Under the pieces are notes generated by a model that saw only the letters and a program-made list of their open reading frames with translations, was not told where the DNA came from and made no database searches. From IMG/VR virus record IMGVR_UViG_3300025267_000039, positions 1-38,706 of that record: 38,706 nt of DNA; one strand, given 5' to 3'. The position numbers and the translations under genes were made by a program. Shown piece after piece: positions 7,665-15,730 of this stretch. Position 1 is the stretch's first letter; each line of letters opens with the position of its first letter. The DNA comes from a virus (lineage: Duplodnaviria > Caudoviricetes).

Positions 7665-9306
7665 TGTAGAAACCAACGCTCTTCTTCCAGAGGCATCGAA
7701 GGTACACTGCATAGTAGCGCAGGATTTCAACAACGGGCAGACGATGAGCTTCAAACAGGATGAATGCTTGTATCTCTTCCCCCCGTGGGCGCGGTCAGTT
7801 GACCAGTTTATTATGCATAACGGTGTATCTTTTGATGCTCCTGTACTGAACAAGTTGGTAGGCACAAAGATAAAAGTATCCGATGTTGTCGATACTCTTA
7901 TCCTATCTCAGTTGTACAATCCCATTCGACCTAACGGACATTCGCTTGCCGCATGGGGTGAACGATTGGGAATGCCTAAAGGAAACCATACTGAGTTCCA
8001 TGAGTTCAGTGGAGAGATGGTTCGTTACTGTAATCAGGACGTAAAGATTACGCGAAAGCTGATGCAGGAACTATCGCAGGAAGGTCAAGGCTTCTCGCCT
8101 AAGTCTGTTCGCTTGGAGCATAATATACGAGCTATCCTTGACCAGCAGGAAGAGACAGGCTTTGCTTTGGATGTTCCCTATACCACTGCTCTGATGGGCA
8201 GGCTGGAAGATGAAGCTGACCAGATAGAGAATAATCTACAAGGAATCTTTGAACCTATTGTGCATGAAAGGGTATCGGAGAAGACAGGAAAGAGATTAAA
8301 AGATAAAGTAGAAATCTTTAATCCATCTTCTCGCCAGCAGATTGCATCACGATTGATGGAGTTGGGATGGAAACCCACACAAAGAACGGAGAAGGGAAAC
8401 ATTATTGTAGATGAGAAGATTCTATCTGGGATAGATTTACCGGAAGCCAAGCAGATTAGTCACTACCTGTTGTTGCAGAAGAGAGTATCTCAGATACGCT
8501 CATGGCTAGAAGCCTGTGTGGATGGGCGCGTTCATGGTACAGTGATGACTTTGAAAACCATTACGTCCCGTATGGCGCACAGTTCTCCAAACATGGCGCA
8601 GATTCCTGCCAGTTATTCTCCGTATGGAACAGAGTGTCGAACTTGTTGGACTGTCAGCAGTCCCTTGACCCACTGTTTGGTAGGGACAGATGCCAGTGGG
8701 CTGGAGCTAAGAGCATTGGCTCACTATATCAATGACCCTGACTTCACTAAGGAAGTGATTGAAGGTGACATCCATAGCGCCAATCAGAGGATGGCAGGGT
8801 TGCCTACTCGTGACCTAGCCAAGACGTTTATCTATGCCTTCCTCTATGGAGCGGGTGCATCTAAGATAGGCAAGATAGTCCAAGGTAATGCAGAGACAGG
8901 ACAGCAACTGATAGACAGATTTCTGGACAACGTTCCTAATCTACGACGTATCAGAAGTCAAGTACAGGAGGCTGGTGAGCAGGGAAAGATTAAAGGGCTG
9001 GATGGTAGGCTGTTGATGGTAAGAAGCCCACACGCCTCTCTGAACCTGCTTATACAGGGTGCTGGAGCCATTATCTGCAAAGTATGGCTGGTATGTCTCA
9101 TGAAGAAGATATATCGCTGTGGTGTGGATGCCAAGCTGGTTGCATCTATTCACGATGAGTACCAGTTTGAGGTACATAAGAATGATGCTGCTGAGTTTGG
9201 TAAGCTAACCAATGAAGCAATAAAGGAGGCCCAAGATATACTACAACTTAACTGTCCACTTGACAGTGAATTCAAAGTAGGTGAGACATGGGCGCAAACA
9301 CATTGA
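7648..9306 (+). CDS. family A DNA polymerase, T7 gp5-like
   Basis: Exonuclease motifs DVET, HNGVSFD, YCNQD; polymerase motifs DASGLELR, AKTFIYAFLYG, IHDE; ATG 7648 after GGAGG. Confidence 0.97.
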   Translation: MPWVIDVETNALLPEASKVHCIVAQDFNNGQTMSFKQDECLYLFPPWARSVDQFIMHNGVSFDAPVLNKLVGTKIKVSDVVDTLILSQLYNPIRPNGHSLAAWGERLGMPKGNHTEFHEFSGEMVRYCNQDVKITRKLMQELSQEGQGFSPKSVRLEHNIRAILDQQEETGFALDVPYTTALMGRLEDEADQIENNLQGIFEPIVHERVSEKTGKRLKDKVEIFNPSSRQQIASRLMELGWKPTQRTEKGNIIVDEKILSGIDLPEAKQISHYLLLQKRVSQIRSWLEACVDGRVHGTVMTLKTITSRMAHSSPNMAQIPASYSPYGTECRTCWTVSSPLTHCLVGTDASGLELRALAHYINDPDFTKEVIEGDIHSANQRMAGLPTRDLAKTFIYAFLYGAGASKIGKIVQGNAETGQQLIDRFLDNVPNLRRIRSQVQEAGEQGKIKGLDGRLLMVRSPHASLNLLIQGAGAIICKVWLVCLMKKIYRCGVDAKLVASIHDEYQFEVHKNDAAEFGKLTNEAIKEAQDILQLNCPLDSEFKVGETWAQTH

Positions 9307-9791
9307 TTGAGATACGTTCCTGTACTTCTTCTTATGGCACCCAGATATACTTCTCTAAGGGGAAGTTCGATAGCTGGTGTGTTTATCTGAAGAAGGATGG
9401 GAACGCACAAGCACCTCATGACAAATCCTACTTTAAAGCATTGAAAGAATTAGCTGCCAAGTATGGAGAAGATGTAATTTATGATAAGTTTGTGCAGATA
9501 TATGAGAAGACATCTGTCAAATGCTATGCAAATGTAGTAAATTACATTGAAGATTTATCTCAAGACCTAGAAGAGGAGGATAGGGAACTATTCTGGAATA
9601 CACTGACCACTCTATACTTTGCTATGGTTGCTGAAGAGAACAAGAAGTTTACCAAGTTGGGAAAGAGAATCAAACGACTGGGGATTCATCAGATTCTTCA
9701 AGAGGATTTGAATATCTCTGAAGCAGCACAGTATAGTAAGGGTATGAAGTGGCGGCAGATACATGATGAGTGTGTTGAACGTGGTTTTTGA
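9288..9791 (+). CDS. hypothetical protein
   Basis: 167 aa; GKFDSWCVYL and MVAEENK..KLGKRIKRLG motifs; function not recognised. Confidence 0.7.
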   Translation: MGANTLIEIRSCTSSYGTQIYFSKGKFDSWCVYLKKDGNAQAPHDKSYFKALKELAAKYGEDVIYDKFVQIYEKTSVKCYANVVNYIEDLSQDLEEEDRELFWNTLTTLYFAMVAEENKKFTKLGKRIKRLGIHQILQEDLNISEAAQYSKGMKWRQIHDECVERGF

Positions 9792-9799
9792 AAAAGTTC

Positions 9800-9828
9800 T
9801 TGACATAGCTTTAGGAGTATGTCATAAT
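9800..9828 (+). promoter_or_regulatory. sigma70-type promoter with extended -10
   Basis: TTGACA (9800-9805), 17 nt, CATAAT (9823-9828) preceded by TGn; A-tract upstream. Confidence 0.8.
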
Positions 9829-9865
9829 TCGTTTTTACTGAATAGAAATGAAAGGAGCCAACAAC

Positions 9866-10381
9866 ATGGCTGTAATTAGCGGAACTGTATACTGGAATAA
9901 AACTGTTGTACCAGAGCGTTTTATGGGCAACCAAAATGAGTCTTTAAAGTGGAGTATAGATATCGGTAATCTTGATGACAAGGCAGTTAAAGTGCTGCAA
10001 GCTCTCGGTCTTGAACACAAGGTAAAAAACAAGGCTGAAGGAACAGGAACTAAAGGAGCTGACCCTTCAGATGTTCGCGGAGATTTTGTAACTTTTTCTA
10101 CGAAGGTAGAAAGAGAAGATGGAACTCCTAATAAAGCACCTCGTTTTATTGATGCGAATAAAAATGAATTACATCCTGATTCAAATGGGTGGTTAGGTAA
10201 TGGTTCACAAGTAAATGTTGCGTTTGACCCTTGGCCTAGTAAGCATGGTGGAAAGAATATGACTATGAAAACTATCCAAGTTATAGAGCGTAAGGAATTT
10301 ACACCTGCCGCTGACGATGAGTTGGATGTAGTACCCGGTGGTTTCGTCAACGACGACGAAATCCCATTCCCCTCTAACTAG
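9866..10381 (+). CDS. single-stranded DNA-binding protein (gp2.5-like)
   Basis: Position after the polymerase; LGNGSQVNV and IQVIE OB-fold motifs; acidic tail DDEIPF; AAGGAG RBS before ATG 9866. Confidence 0.8.
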   Translation: MAVISGTVYWNKTVVPERFMGNQNESLKWSIDIGNLDDKAVKVLQALGLEHKVKNKAEGTGTKGADPSDVRGDFVTFSTKVEREDGTPNKAPRFIDANKNELHPDSNGWLGNGSQVNVAFDPWPSKHGGKNMTMKTIQVIERKEFTPAADDELDVVPGGFVNDDEIPFPSN

Positions 10382-10389
10382 CTGGGTAA

Positions 10390-10424
10390 GGGGGCTGGCC
10401 TTACCTGTGTCAGCCCCCGTTTCT
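10390..10424 (+). terminator. GC-rich hairpin, probable (leaky) intrinsic terminator
   Basis: GGGGGCTGGC-9 nt-GTCAGCCCCC followed by GTTTCT just after the SSB stop. Confidence 0.65.
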
Positions 10425-10425
10425 C

Positions 10426-11286
10426 ATGAAAGAAATATACACTCTTATCGATGATATCTATAAGTTATTTATTGATAAACCTCGAACAAAAAAACCAACC
10501 AAAGCTGTTCAGAAAGCTGCTGAAGAGTTCGCTCAGAAAGTCAAGCAGCATGTCTTGGATAGAGTATATGATGAAAGGAATCAGGAAAGAAAGACCAACC
10601 TTCGCTTGTCACAAGTAGGCAGACCTGCTCGCCAACTGTGGTATAATATTAAAGGTTATGGACAATCAGTAGACCCTTCTGGACCCACACAGATTAAGTT
10701 TCTTTATGGGAATATCCTAGAAGAATTACTTTTGTTTTTAACCACGATGGCAGGACACAAAGTTGAAGAAGAACAAAAGAAAGTAACTCTTAATGGTGTT
10801 ACAGGTCACAAGGATTGTCGCATTGATGGAGTGACAGTGGACATCAAGAGTGCTTCCGCTCATGCCTTCAGAAAATTTGAGAATGGAAGTCTGGCATCGG
10901 ATGACCCCTTTGGATATATAGGTCAACTCTCTGCCTACGCTCAAGCGGAAGGAGATGACGAAGCAGCATTCTTTGTTATCGACAAGCAGCGAGGCACACT
11001 AGCATTAACTTTTCTCCATGACATAGAAATGGAAAATGCTTCTCAAAAGATAACTGACATTAGAAGTTATCTGAAATCTGATGACCCACCTCCTCGTTGT
11101 TATCCTGATGTACCCGAAGGCACTTCAGGAAACCGTAAGCTTGCTATTGGCTGTGTCTTCTGTCCTTATAAAACGGGATGCTGGCATGATGCTAATGGTG
11201 GAGCAGGGCTTCGTACCTTTCAGTATGCTAATGGCCCACGGTTTCTAACTTACGTAGCAAGAGAACCTAATGTTCCTGAAATATGA
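10426..11286 (+). CDS. PD-(D/E)xK exonuclease, Cas4/RecB-like
   Basis: GHKD...VDIKSAS, QLSAY, C-terminal CxxCPY...C. Confidence 0.85.
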   Translation: MKEIYTLIDDIYKLFIDKPRTKKPTKAVQKAAEEFAQKVKQHVLDRVYDERNQERKTNLRLSQVGRPARQLWYNIKGYGQSVDPSGPTQIKFLYGNILEELLLFLTTMAGHKVEEEQKKVTLNGVTGHKDCRIDGVTVDIKSASAHAFRKFENGSLASDDPFGYIGQLSAYAQAEGDDEAAFFVIDKQRGTLALTFLHDIEMENASQKITDIRSYLKSDDPPPRCYPDVPEGTSGNRKLAIGCVFCPYKTGCWHDANGGAGLRTFQYANGPRFLTYVAREPNVPEI

Positions 11287-11621
11287 AAACTCAAAGTGCA
11301 AAGAGTAAAGGAAGGAGGCTGCAACAATGGTTCAGAGGGCTGTTAATAACGACCCTCCACATAGACGAAGCTGACTTGGAAAGCAGAAGTATGGGAGCAG
11401 GTGGTGAGGATATCATGATGGCGAAAGCCGCTCGTCACTTGTTCCCTTACTCTGTCGAGTGTAAGAACCAAGAGAAACTTAATGTATGGTCTGCATATGA
11501 GCAGGCAGAAACTAACGCTGGAAAGTTTGAACCTCTGGTAGTGATAAAGAAGAACCGAAGGAACCCGTTAGTTGTTATAGATGCAGAATACTTTGTTAAT
11601 TTACACAGAGCACATGAATAA
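11283..11621 (+). CDS. Holliday junction resolvase-like endonuclease
   Basis: SKGRRLQQW, GEDI, SVECKNQE, PLVVIKKNR motifs. Confidence 0.8.
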   Translation: MKTQSAKSKGRRLQQWFRGLLITTLHIDEADLESRSMGAGGEDIMMAKAARHLFPYSVECKNQEKLNVWSAYEQAETNAGKFEPLVVIKKNRRNPLVVIDAEYFVNLHRAHE

Positions 11622-11958
11622 ATTAAAATTAGATTTGTTAAATATCTTGCAGGAATATCAGTATAAAGATTCTCCTGAACGCTCTCTCTTTTTGGCTGTT
11701 ATCCTTCAGGCACTGCTAGATGCAACCAAACCTATGCGTAGCGACGAGTCCTCACAGGCTATCAATTACAGAGAACGAGCTATCAGTTGGTTTGCTGCAT
11801 CTATCGGAGTAACGTCAACAAACTTCATAGAGGTATGTGACATGGCAAATCTTGATTCTGTGTATGTACGAAACTTTGCCTACAAGGTTATTCATTCCAA
11901 AGAGAAAACTTTTATTCGACATAGAATTAACCAAGTGCTACAAACAGATAGGATGTAG
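11614..11958 (+). CDS. conserved hypothetical phage protein
   Basis: PERSLFLAVILQALLDA...WF...FIEVCDMA; ATG 11614 overlaps the upstream stop region. Confidence 0.7.
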   Translation: MNKLKLDLLNILQEYQYKDSPERSLFLAVILQALLDATKPMRSDESSQAINYRERAISWFAASIGVTSTNFIEVCDMANLDSVYVRNFAYKVIHSKEKTFIRHRINQVLQTDRM

Positions 11959-11964
11959 GAGAAT

Positions 11965-12195
11965 ATGGGAAAAGGAAAAGCTACACAAGAACAGGTAGGA
12001 GGTGTCCACTACAAGGAATGTAAAATACAACCTACTGAATACATCATGGCTAACAAACTGAATTTTTGTGAAGGCAATGTTATCAAGTATGTCACAAGAC
12101 ATCGTGTTAAAGGCGAAGGGTTAAATGATTTGTTAAAGGCCCGACATTATATTGACCTGTGTATAGAGCTAGAGTATGGGGGAGAGAATGTTTAA
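11965..12195 (+). CDS. DUF3310 protein (T7 gp1.7 nucleotide-kinase-related)
   Basis: QVGGxHY, FCEGNVIKYVTR, DLLKARHY. Confidence 0.9.
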   Translation: MGKGKATQEQVGGVHYKECKIQPTEYIMANKLNFCEGNVIKYVTRHRVKGEGLNDLLKARHYIDLCIELEYGGENV

Positions 12196-13864
12196 ATCGA
12201 GTAGGAATCCACAGTTTCGTTCAAAGTTTTCAGAAGATATATTTTATACAAAATATTCTCATGAAGGTGCAGAAACTTTTCATGAGTTAGCTTGCACGTT
12301 AGTTAATGATGTGTGTAGAGAAACCATGAGTAAGGATGAAAAGGAAGCGTTGATTGACCATATTTCTAATCTCCGATTCATTCCCGGTGGACGCTACCTA
12401 TATTATGCAGGCAGAGAAAAGAAGTTCTTTAACAATTGCTATCTATTGAAAGCAGAAGAAGATACGAGAGAAGACTGGGCTAATCTTAGTTGGAAATCAG
12501 AGAGCTGTTTAATGACGGGCGGAGGTATTGGAATAGATTATTCTGTCTACCGCTCTGAAGGACAGAGCCTAAAGGGAACAGGGGGAATTGCATCTGGTCC
12601 TATACCTAAGATGATGATGATTAATGAGATAGGACGGCGTGTGATGCAGGGCGGCTCACGTAGGTCAGCTATCTATGCATCTCTTAACTGGAAACATCCT
12701 GATGCAGAGAAGTTTCTTACTATCAAAAACTGGAATGATATGCCTGTAGGAAATACAGGCCAGACATTATTTGATGTGAAGCAGGCTGACTTTGATTTTC
12801 CTGCTCCTCTGGATATGACTAATATCTCTTTGAACTATGACACTGAGTGGTTGCTTGAATACTGGAGGACAAATGAGGTAGGCGATATCTTTTTACAGAA
12901 TGTACGACAAGCTTTATCAACAGCAGAACCGGGATTTTCTTTTAACTTCTTTGAACAGGAAAACGAAACATTAAGAAATGCTTGTACCGAAGTTACTTCC
13001 GAAGATGATTCAGATGTGTGCAATCTGGGAAGCCTGAACTTTGCTCGTATCGGTGACATTAACCAATTGAGAGAGGTCGTAGACCTAGCAACCAAGTTTC
13101 TTATCTGCGGCACACTCAGGGCAGACCTTCCTTATGATAAGATATTAATGGTGCGTACCAAGAACAGACGCTTGGGCTTAGGTCTTATGGGCTTGCATGA
13201 ATGGTTGCTTCAGCGTGGACTGAAATATGACACCACTCCTGAGCTGCATAGATGGTTAAAAGTGTACGAAGCACAGTCAGATAAGACTGCAGCAGAGTTT
13301 TCTAAGTTTAATGCTATCTCTTGCCCAGTAGGAGTACGTGCTATAGCTCCTACAGGAACGATAGGCATTCTAGGAGGAACCTCCACAGGCATTGAACCTA
13401 TCTTTGCAGTAGCCTACAAGAGAAGGTATATGAAGAACCGTCGCTGGCACTATCAATATGTCGTTGATAGCACAGCACAGGAGATGATAGAAGTTTATGG
13501 TACATCGCCAGATAAAATTGAATCGGCATTAGACCTTGCACCTGATTATGAAAGACGAATGAAGTTTCAGGCTAATGTGCAGGAATATGTAGACATGTCT
13601 ATTTCCAGTACTATTAACTTACCTGAATGGGGAACAGAACATAACAATGAAGCGGGAGTAGAAGCCTTTGCTCATACGTTAGCGAAGTATGCTCATAGAC
13701 TCAGAGGCTTTACTTGTTTCCCTGATGGGTGCAGAGGAGGACAGCCCCTTACCCCGGTTCCTTACAAGGAAGCTATCTCTAAGTTAGGAGAAGAATTTGA
13801 AGACAATATACAGGCCCATGATATATGCACCATCTCAGGGTCTGGAGGAACTTGCGGAGTATAA
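12188..13864 (+). CDS. nrdJ: class II (adenosylcobalamin-dependent) ribonucleotide reductase
   Basis: NNCY, RRSA, NACTE (NxCxE), CNLGSLN, APTGT, C-terminal Cys pair; compact, with no beta subunit adjacent; ATG 12188. Confidence 0.85.
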   Translation: MFKSSRNPQFRSKFSEDIFYTKYSHEGAETFHELACTLVNDVCRETMSKDEKEALIDHISNLRFIPGGRYLYYAGREKKFFNNCYLLKAEEDTREDWANLSWKSESCLMTGGGIGIDYSVYRSEGQSLKGTGGIASGPIPKMMMINEIGRRVMQGGSRRSAIYASLNWKHPDAEKFLTIKNWNDMPVGNTGQTLFDVKQADFDFPAPLDMTNISLNYDTEWLLEYWRTNEVGDIFLQNVRQALSTAEPGFSFNFFEQENETLRNACTEVTSEDDSDVCNLGSLNFARIGDINQLREVVDLATKFLICGTLRADLPYDKILMVRTKNRRLGLGLMGLHEWLLQRGLKYDTTPELHRWLKVYEAQSDKTAAEFSKFNAISCPVGVRAIAPTGTIGILGGTSTGIEPIFAVAYKRRYMKNRRWHYQYVVDSTAQEMIEVYGTSPDKIESALDLAPDYERRMKFQANVQEYVDMSISSTINLPEWGTEHNNEAGVEAFAHTLAKYAHRLRGFTCFPDGCRGGQPLTPVPYKEAISKLGEEFEDNIQAHDICTISGSGGTCGV

Positions 13865-13872
13865 TTTTTTTC

Positions 13873-13901
13873 TTGACAAGTCATTCAAAATATGAGATAA
13901 T
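13873..13901 (+). promoter_or_regulatory. sigma70-type promoter with extended -10
   Basis: TTGACA (13873-13878), 17 nt, GATAAT (13896-13901) preceded by TGn. Confidence 0.8.
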
Positions 13902-13911
13902 ACTATCCTTG

Positions 13912-13969
13912 ATAGGAGAAAGCAGGCTAATGCAGCTTTCCCTATTCCTTGTCTAAGAAAAAGAAAGGA
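13912..13969 (+). promoter_or_regulatory. candidate ROSE-like RNA thermometer in the hsp20 5' UTR
   Basis: Two consecutive hairpins; the second pairs TCCTT[G]TCT with AGAAAGGA (the SD), leaving a bulged G. Confidence 0.55.
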
Positions 13970-13976
13970 TTTTATT

Positions 13977-14408
13977 ATGCTTTTACAACACTTTAAAGAT
14001 ACACCGCCCTATGTGTGGGATAGTTTCTTTCGTCACTCTATAGGTTTTGATAGAATGTTCAGTCATTTAGAGCGTATGAGAGGAGTTCTTCCTACCTACC
14101 CTCCTCATGATTTACTTAAAACAGATACCGGGTATCAGATAGAAATGGCTATTGCTGGATTTTCCAAGGAAAACATTACTATCGAATTGAAAGATGATAT
14201 TCTTGCTATCAAAGGGGAACTCAAGAACGAAGATAAACATCCTAAGTATCTTCATAAGGGAATAGCAGAGAGAAAGTTTGTAAAGAACTTTTCTTTGTGT
14301 GAGCATGCAGATGTATCAGACATCACACTCAGGGATGGCGTACTGATGATTCAAATCACAATCAACGTTCCTGAAAAAGAGAAACCAAAACTTCTCCCAA
14401 TCAATTAA
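13977..14408 (+). CDS. small heat shock protein Hsp20 (IbpA-like)
   Basis: IGFDRMF, YPPHD, IEMAIAGF, YLHKGIAERKF, DGVL, PEKEKPKLLPI. Confidence 0.95.
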   Translation: MLLQHFKDTPPYVWDSFFRHSIGFDRMFSHLERMRGVLPTYPPHDLLKTDTGYQIEMAIAGFSKENITIELKDDILAIKGELKNEDKHPKYLHKGIAERKFVKNFSLCEHADVSDITLRDGVLMIQITINVPEKEKPKLLPIN

Positions 14409-14422
14409 AAGGAGCTATAAAA

Positions 14423-14497
14423 ATGTGGAGTAAACCTCAAGTACGTGAAATAAATGTAGGCTTAGAAATAAATTGTTATGCCTGCGCTATTCTCTAA
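14423..14497 (+). CDS. pqqA: PQQ precursor peptide PqqA (not in ORF track)
   Basis: AAGGAG RBS; MWSKPQVREINVGLEINCYACAIL; WxxP leader and G-x-E-x-x-x-Y core; 24 aa. Confidence 0.85.
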   Translation: MWSKPQVREINVGLEINCYACAIL

Positions 14498-14500
14498 CAA

Positions 14501-14818
14501 ATGCAATTCATAACAGTAGGTAACAAGCAATACCCTAGAGTTTCTTTACGGTGGAAAGACATCGTAGGAGATTCAGCTATGCAGTCCTCAAAAGAATCCC
14601 GACAACTGGTATGTCCAACGATATGGACAGAAGGATATATTTTTGATTCTTTTGAAGAAGACGGAGAAACTTATGTACGTACTTTTTCTACGTGGGCTGA
14701 GATAGATGATGAGGTAAGCTTTGGAGATAGAAATTGTTTCCCTATAAGTGTACTTATTTCTGAAAGCAAAGACGAATTAGAAAGAGCTTTACTGTTTATG
14801 AAAAAAGATAGTGATTAA
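14501..14818 (+). CDS. conserved hypothetical phage protein
   Basis: 105 aa; YPRVSLRWKDIVGD...TEGYI...FGDRNCFP. Confidence 0.7.
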   Translation: MQFITVGNKQYPRVSLRWKDIVGDSAMQSSKESRQLVCPTIWTEGYIFDSFEEDGETYVRTFSTWAEIDDEVSFGDRNCFPISVLISESKDELERALLFMKKDSD

Positions 14819-14820
14819 CC

Positions 14821-14852
14821 AGAGGAGGGGAGGAGAAATTCTCCCTTCTCTT
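14821..14852 (+). terminator. hairpin, possible terminator closing the hsp20-pqqA unit
   Basis: Purine arm AGAGGAGGGGAG / pyrimidine arm CTCCCTTCTCT directly after the stop; weak U-tract. Confidence 0.45.
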
Positions 14853-14869
14853 AACAGAGATAGGAACCA

Positions 14870-15730
14870 ATGACTGATATACCTACTATTTATATAGGCT
14901 ATGACCCAGCCGAAGACAGAGCTTATAAAGTTTTACGAGAATCAATTTTATGCACCACTTCTGAACCTGTAAGAATAGTTCCTCTAGTTCAATCTTCTTT
15001 ACGTCACATGGGAATCTATCGTAGAAGCTGGGAAAGAGATAAGGATAATAATAAAATTGATAGTATAGATAAAAAACCATTCTCAACTGATTTCAGTTTC
15101 ACACGGTTTCTAGTACCTCTTCTCAATATGTATTCTGGATACGCTATTTATATGGACTGTGATATGTTAGTTCGGTCTGACATCATGGAAGTATTTAATG
15201 TAATGAATAGAACTAATCCTTCTACTGCTTTATGGTGTGTCAAGCACCATTATACACCTACTCAAATTTTAAAGATGGATGGTAAAGTTCAAACACAATA
15301 CTCACGTAAAAACTGGTCAAGTTTTATTCTTTGGAATTGCTCACATGATTCGCATAAAAATCTTACTGTCGATGATGTCAATACTAAACCGGGATTGTGG
15401 CTCCATAACTTTCGATGGTTAGCTGATTTGCCTTTTGCTATGCTAGATGGTCCTTATCCTGCAGAAGATATGCGCGTTTCTTATCACAATGAATTGATAG
15501 GAACTCTTCCTGAAGAATGGAACTGGTTAGATGGACACTCCTCCGAACAGATGCGCCCAAAAAATGTTCATTTCACCACAGGTGGTCCGTGGTTTTCTAA
15601 GTGGAATCCTAGTCGTGCCAAGGATGCCAGCTATGCAGCTGAGTGGGAACAATACAATAACCTTTTAGATATGGATGAGATATTAGGTAGGAAGACCACT
15701 CTAAAGTGGAAAAAAATAAATGACAGCTAA
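14870..15730 (+). CDS. GT-A fold glycosyltransferase (GT8-like / CDI-like)
   Basis: IYIGYD, STDFSFTRFLVP, DCD (DxD), RKNWSS, EWNWL, HFTTGGPWF. Confidence 0.85.
   Translation: MTDIPTIYIGYDPAEDRAYKVLRESILCTTSEPVRIVPLVQSSLRHMGIYRRSWERDKDNNKIDSIDKKPFSTDFSFTRFLVPLLNMYSGYAIYMDCDMLVRSDIMEVFNVMNRTNPSTALWCVKHHYTPTQILKMDGKVQTQYSRKNWSSFILWNCSHDSHKNLTVDDVNTKPGLWLHNFRWLADLPFAMLDGPYPAEDMRVSYHNELIGTLPEEWNWLDGHSSEQMRPKNVHFTTGGPWFSKWNPSRAKDASYAAEWEQYNNLLDMDEILGRKTTLKWKKINDS

Noticed and set aside
8809-8859. Polymerase motif B as a sign of unusual chemistry
   Set aside because: AKTFIYAFLYG has Tyr at the 762-equivalent position as in T7; ordinary for lytic podoviruses
10426-11286. Cas4-like gene as evidence of a CRISPR-Cas system
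   Set aside because: No array or other cas genes; stand-alone Cas4-like exonucleases are normal in phage replication modules
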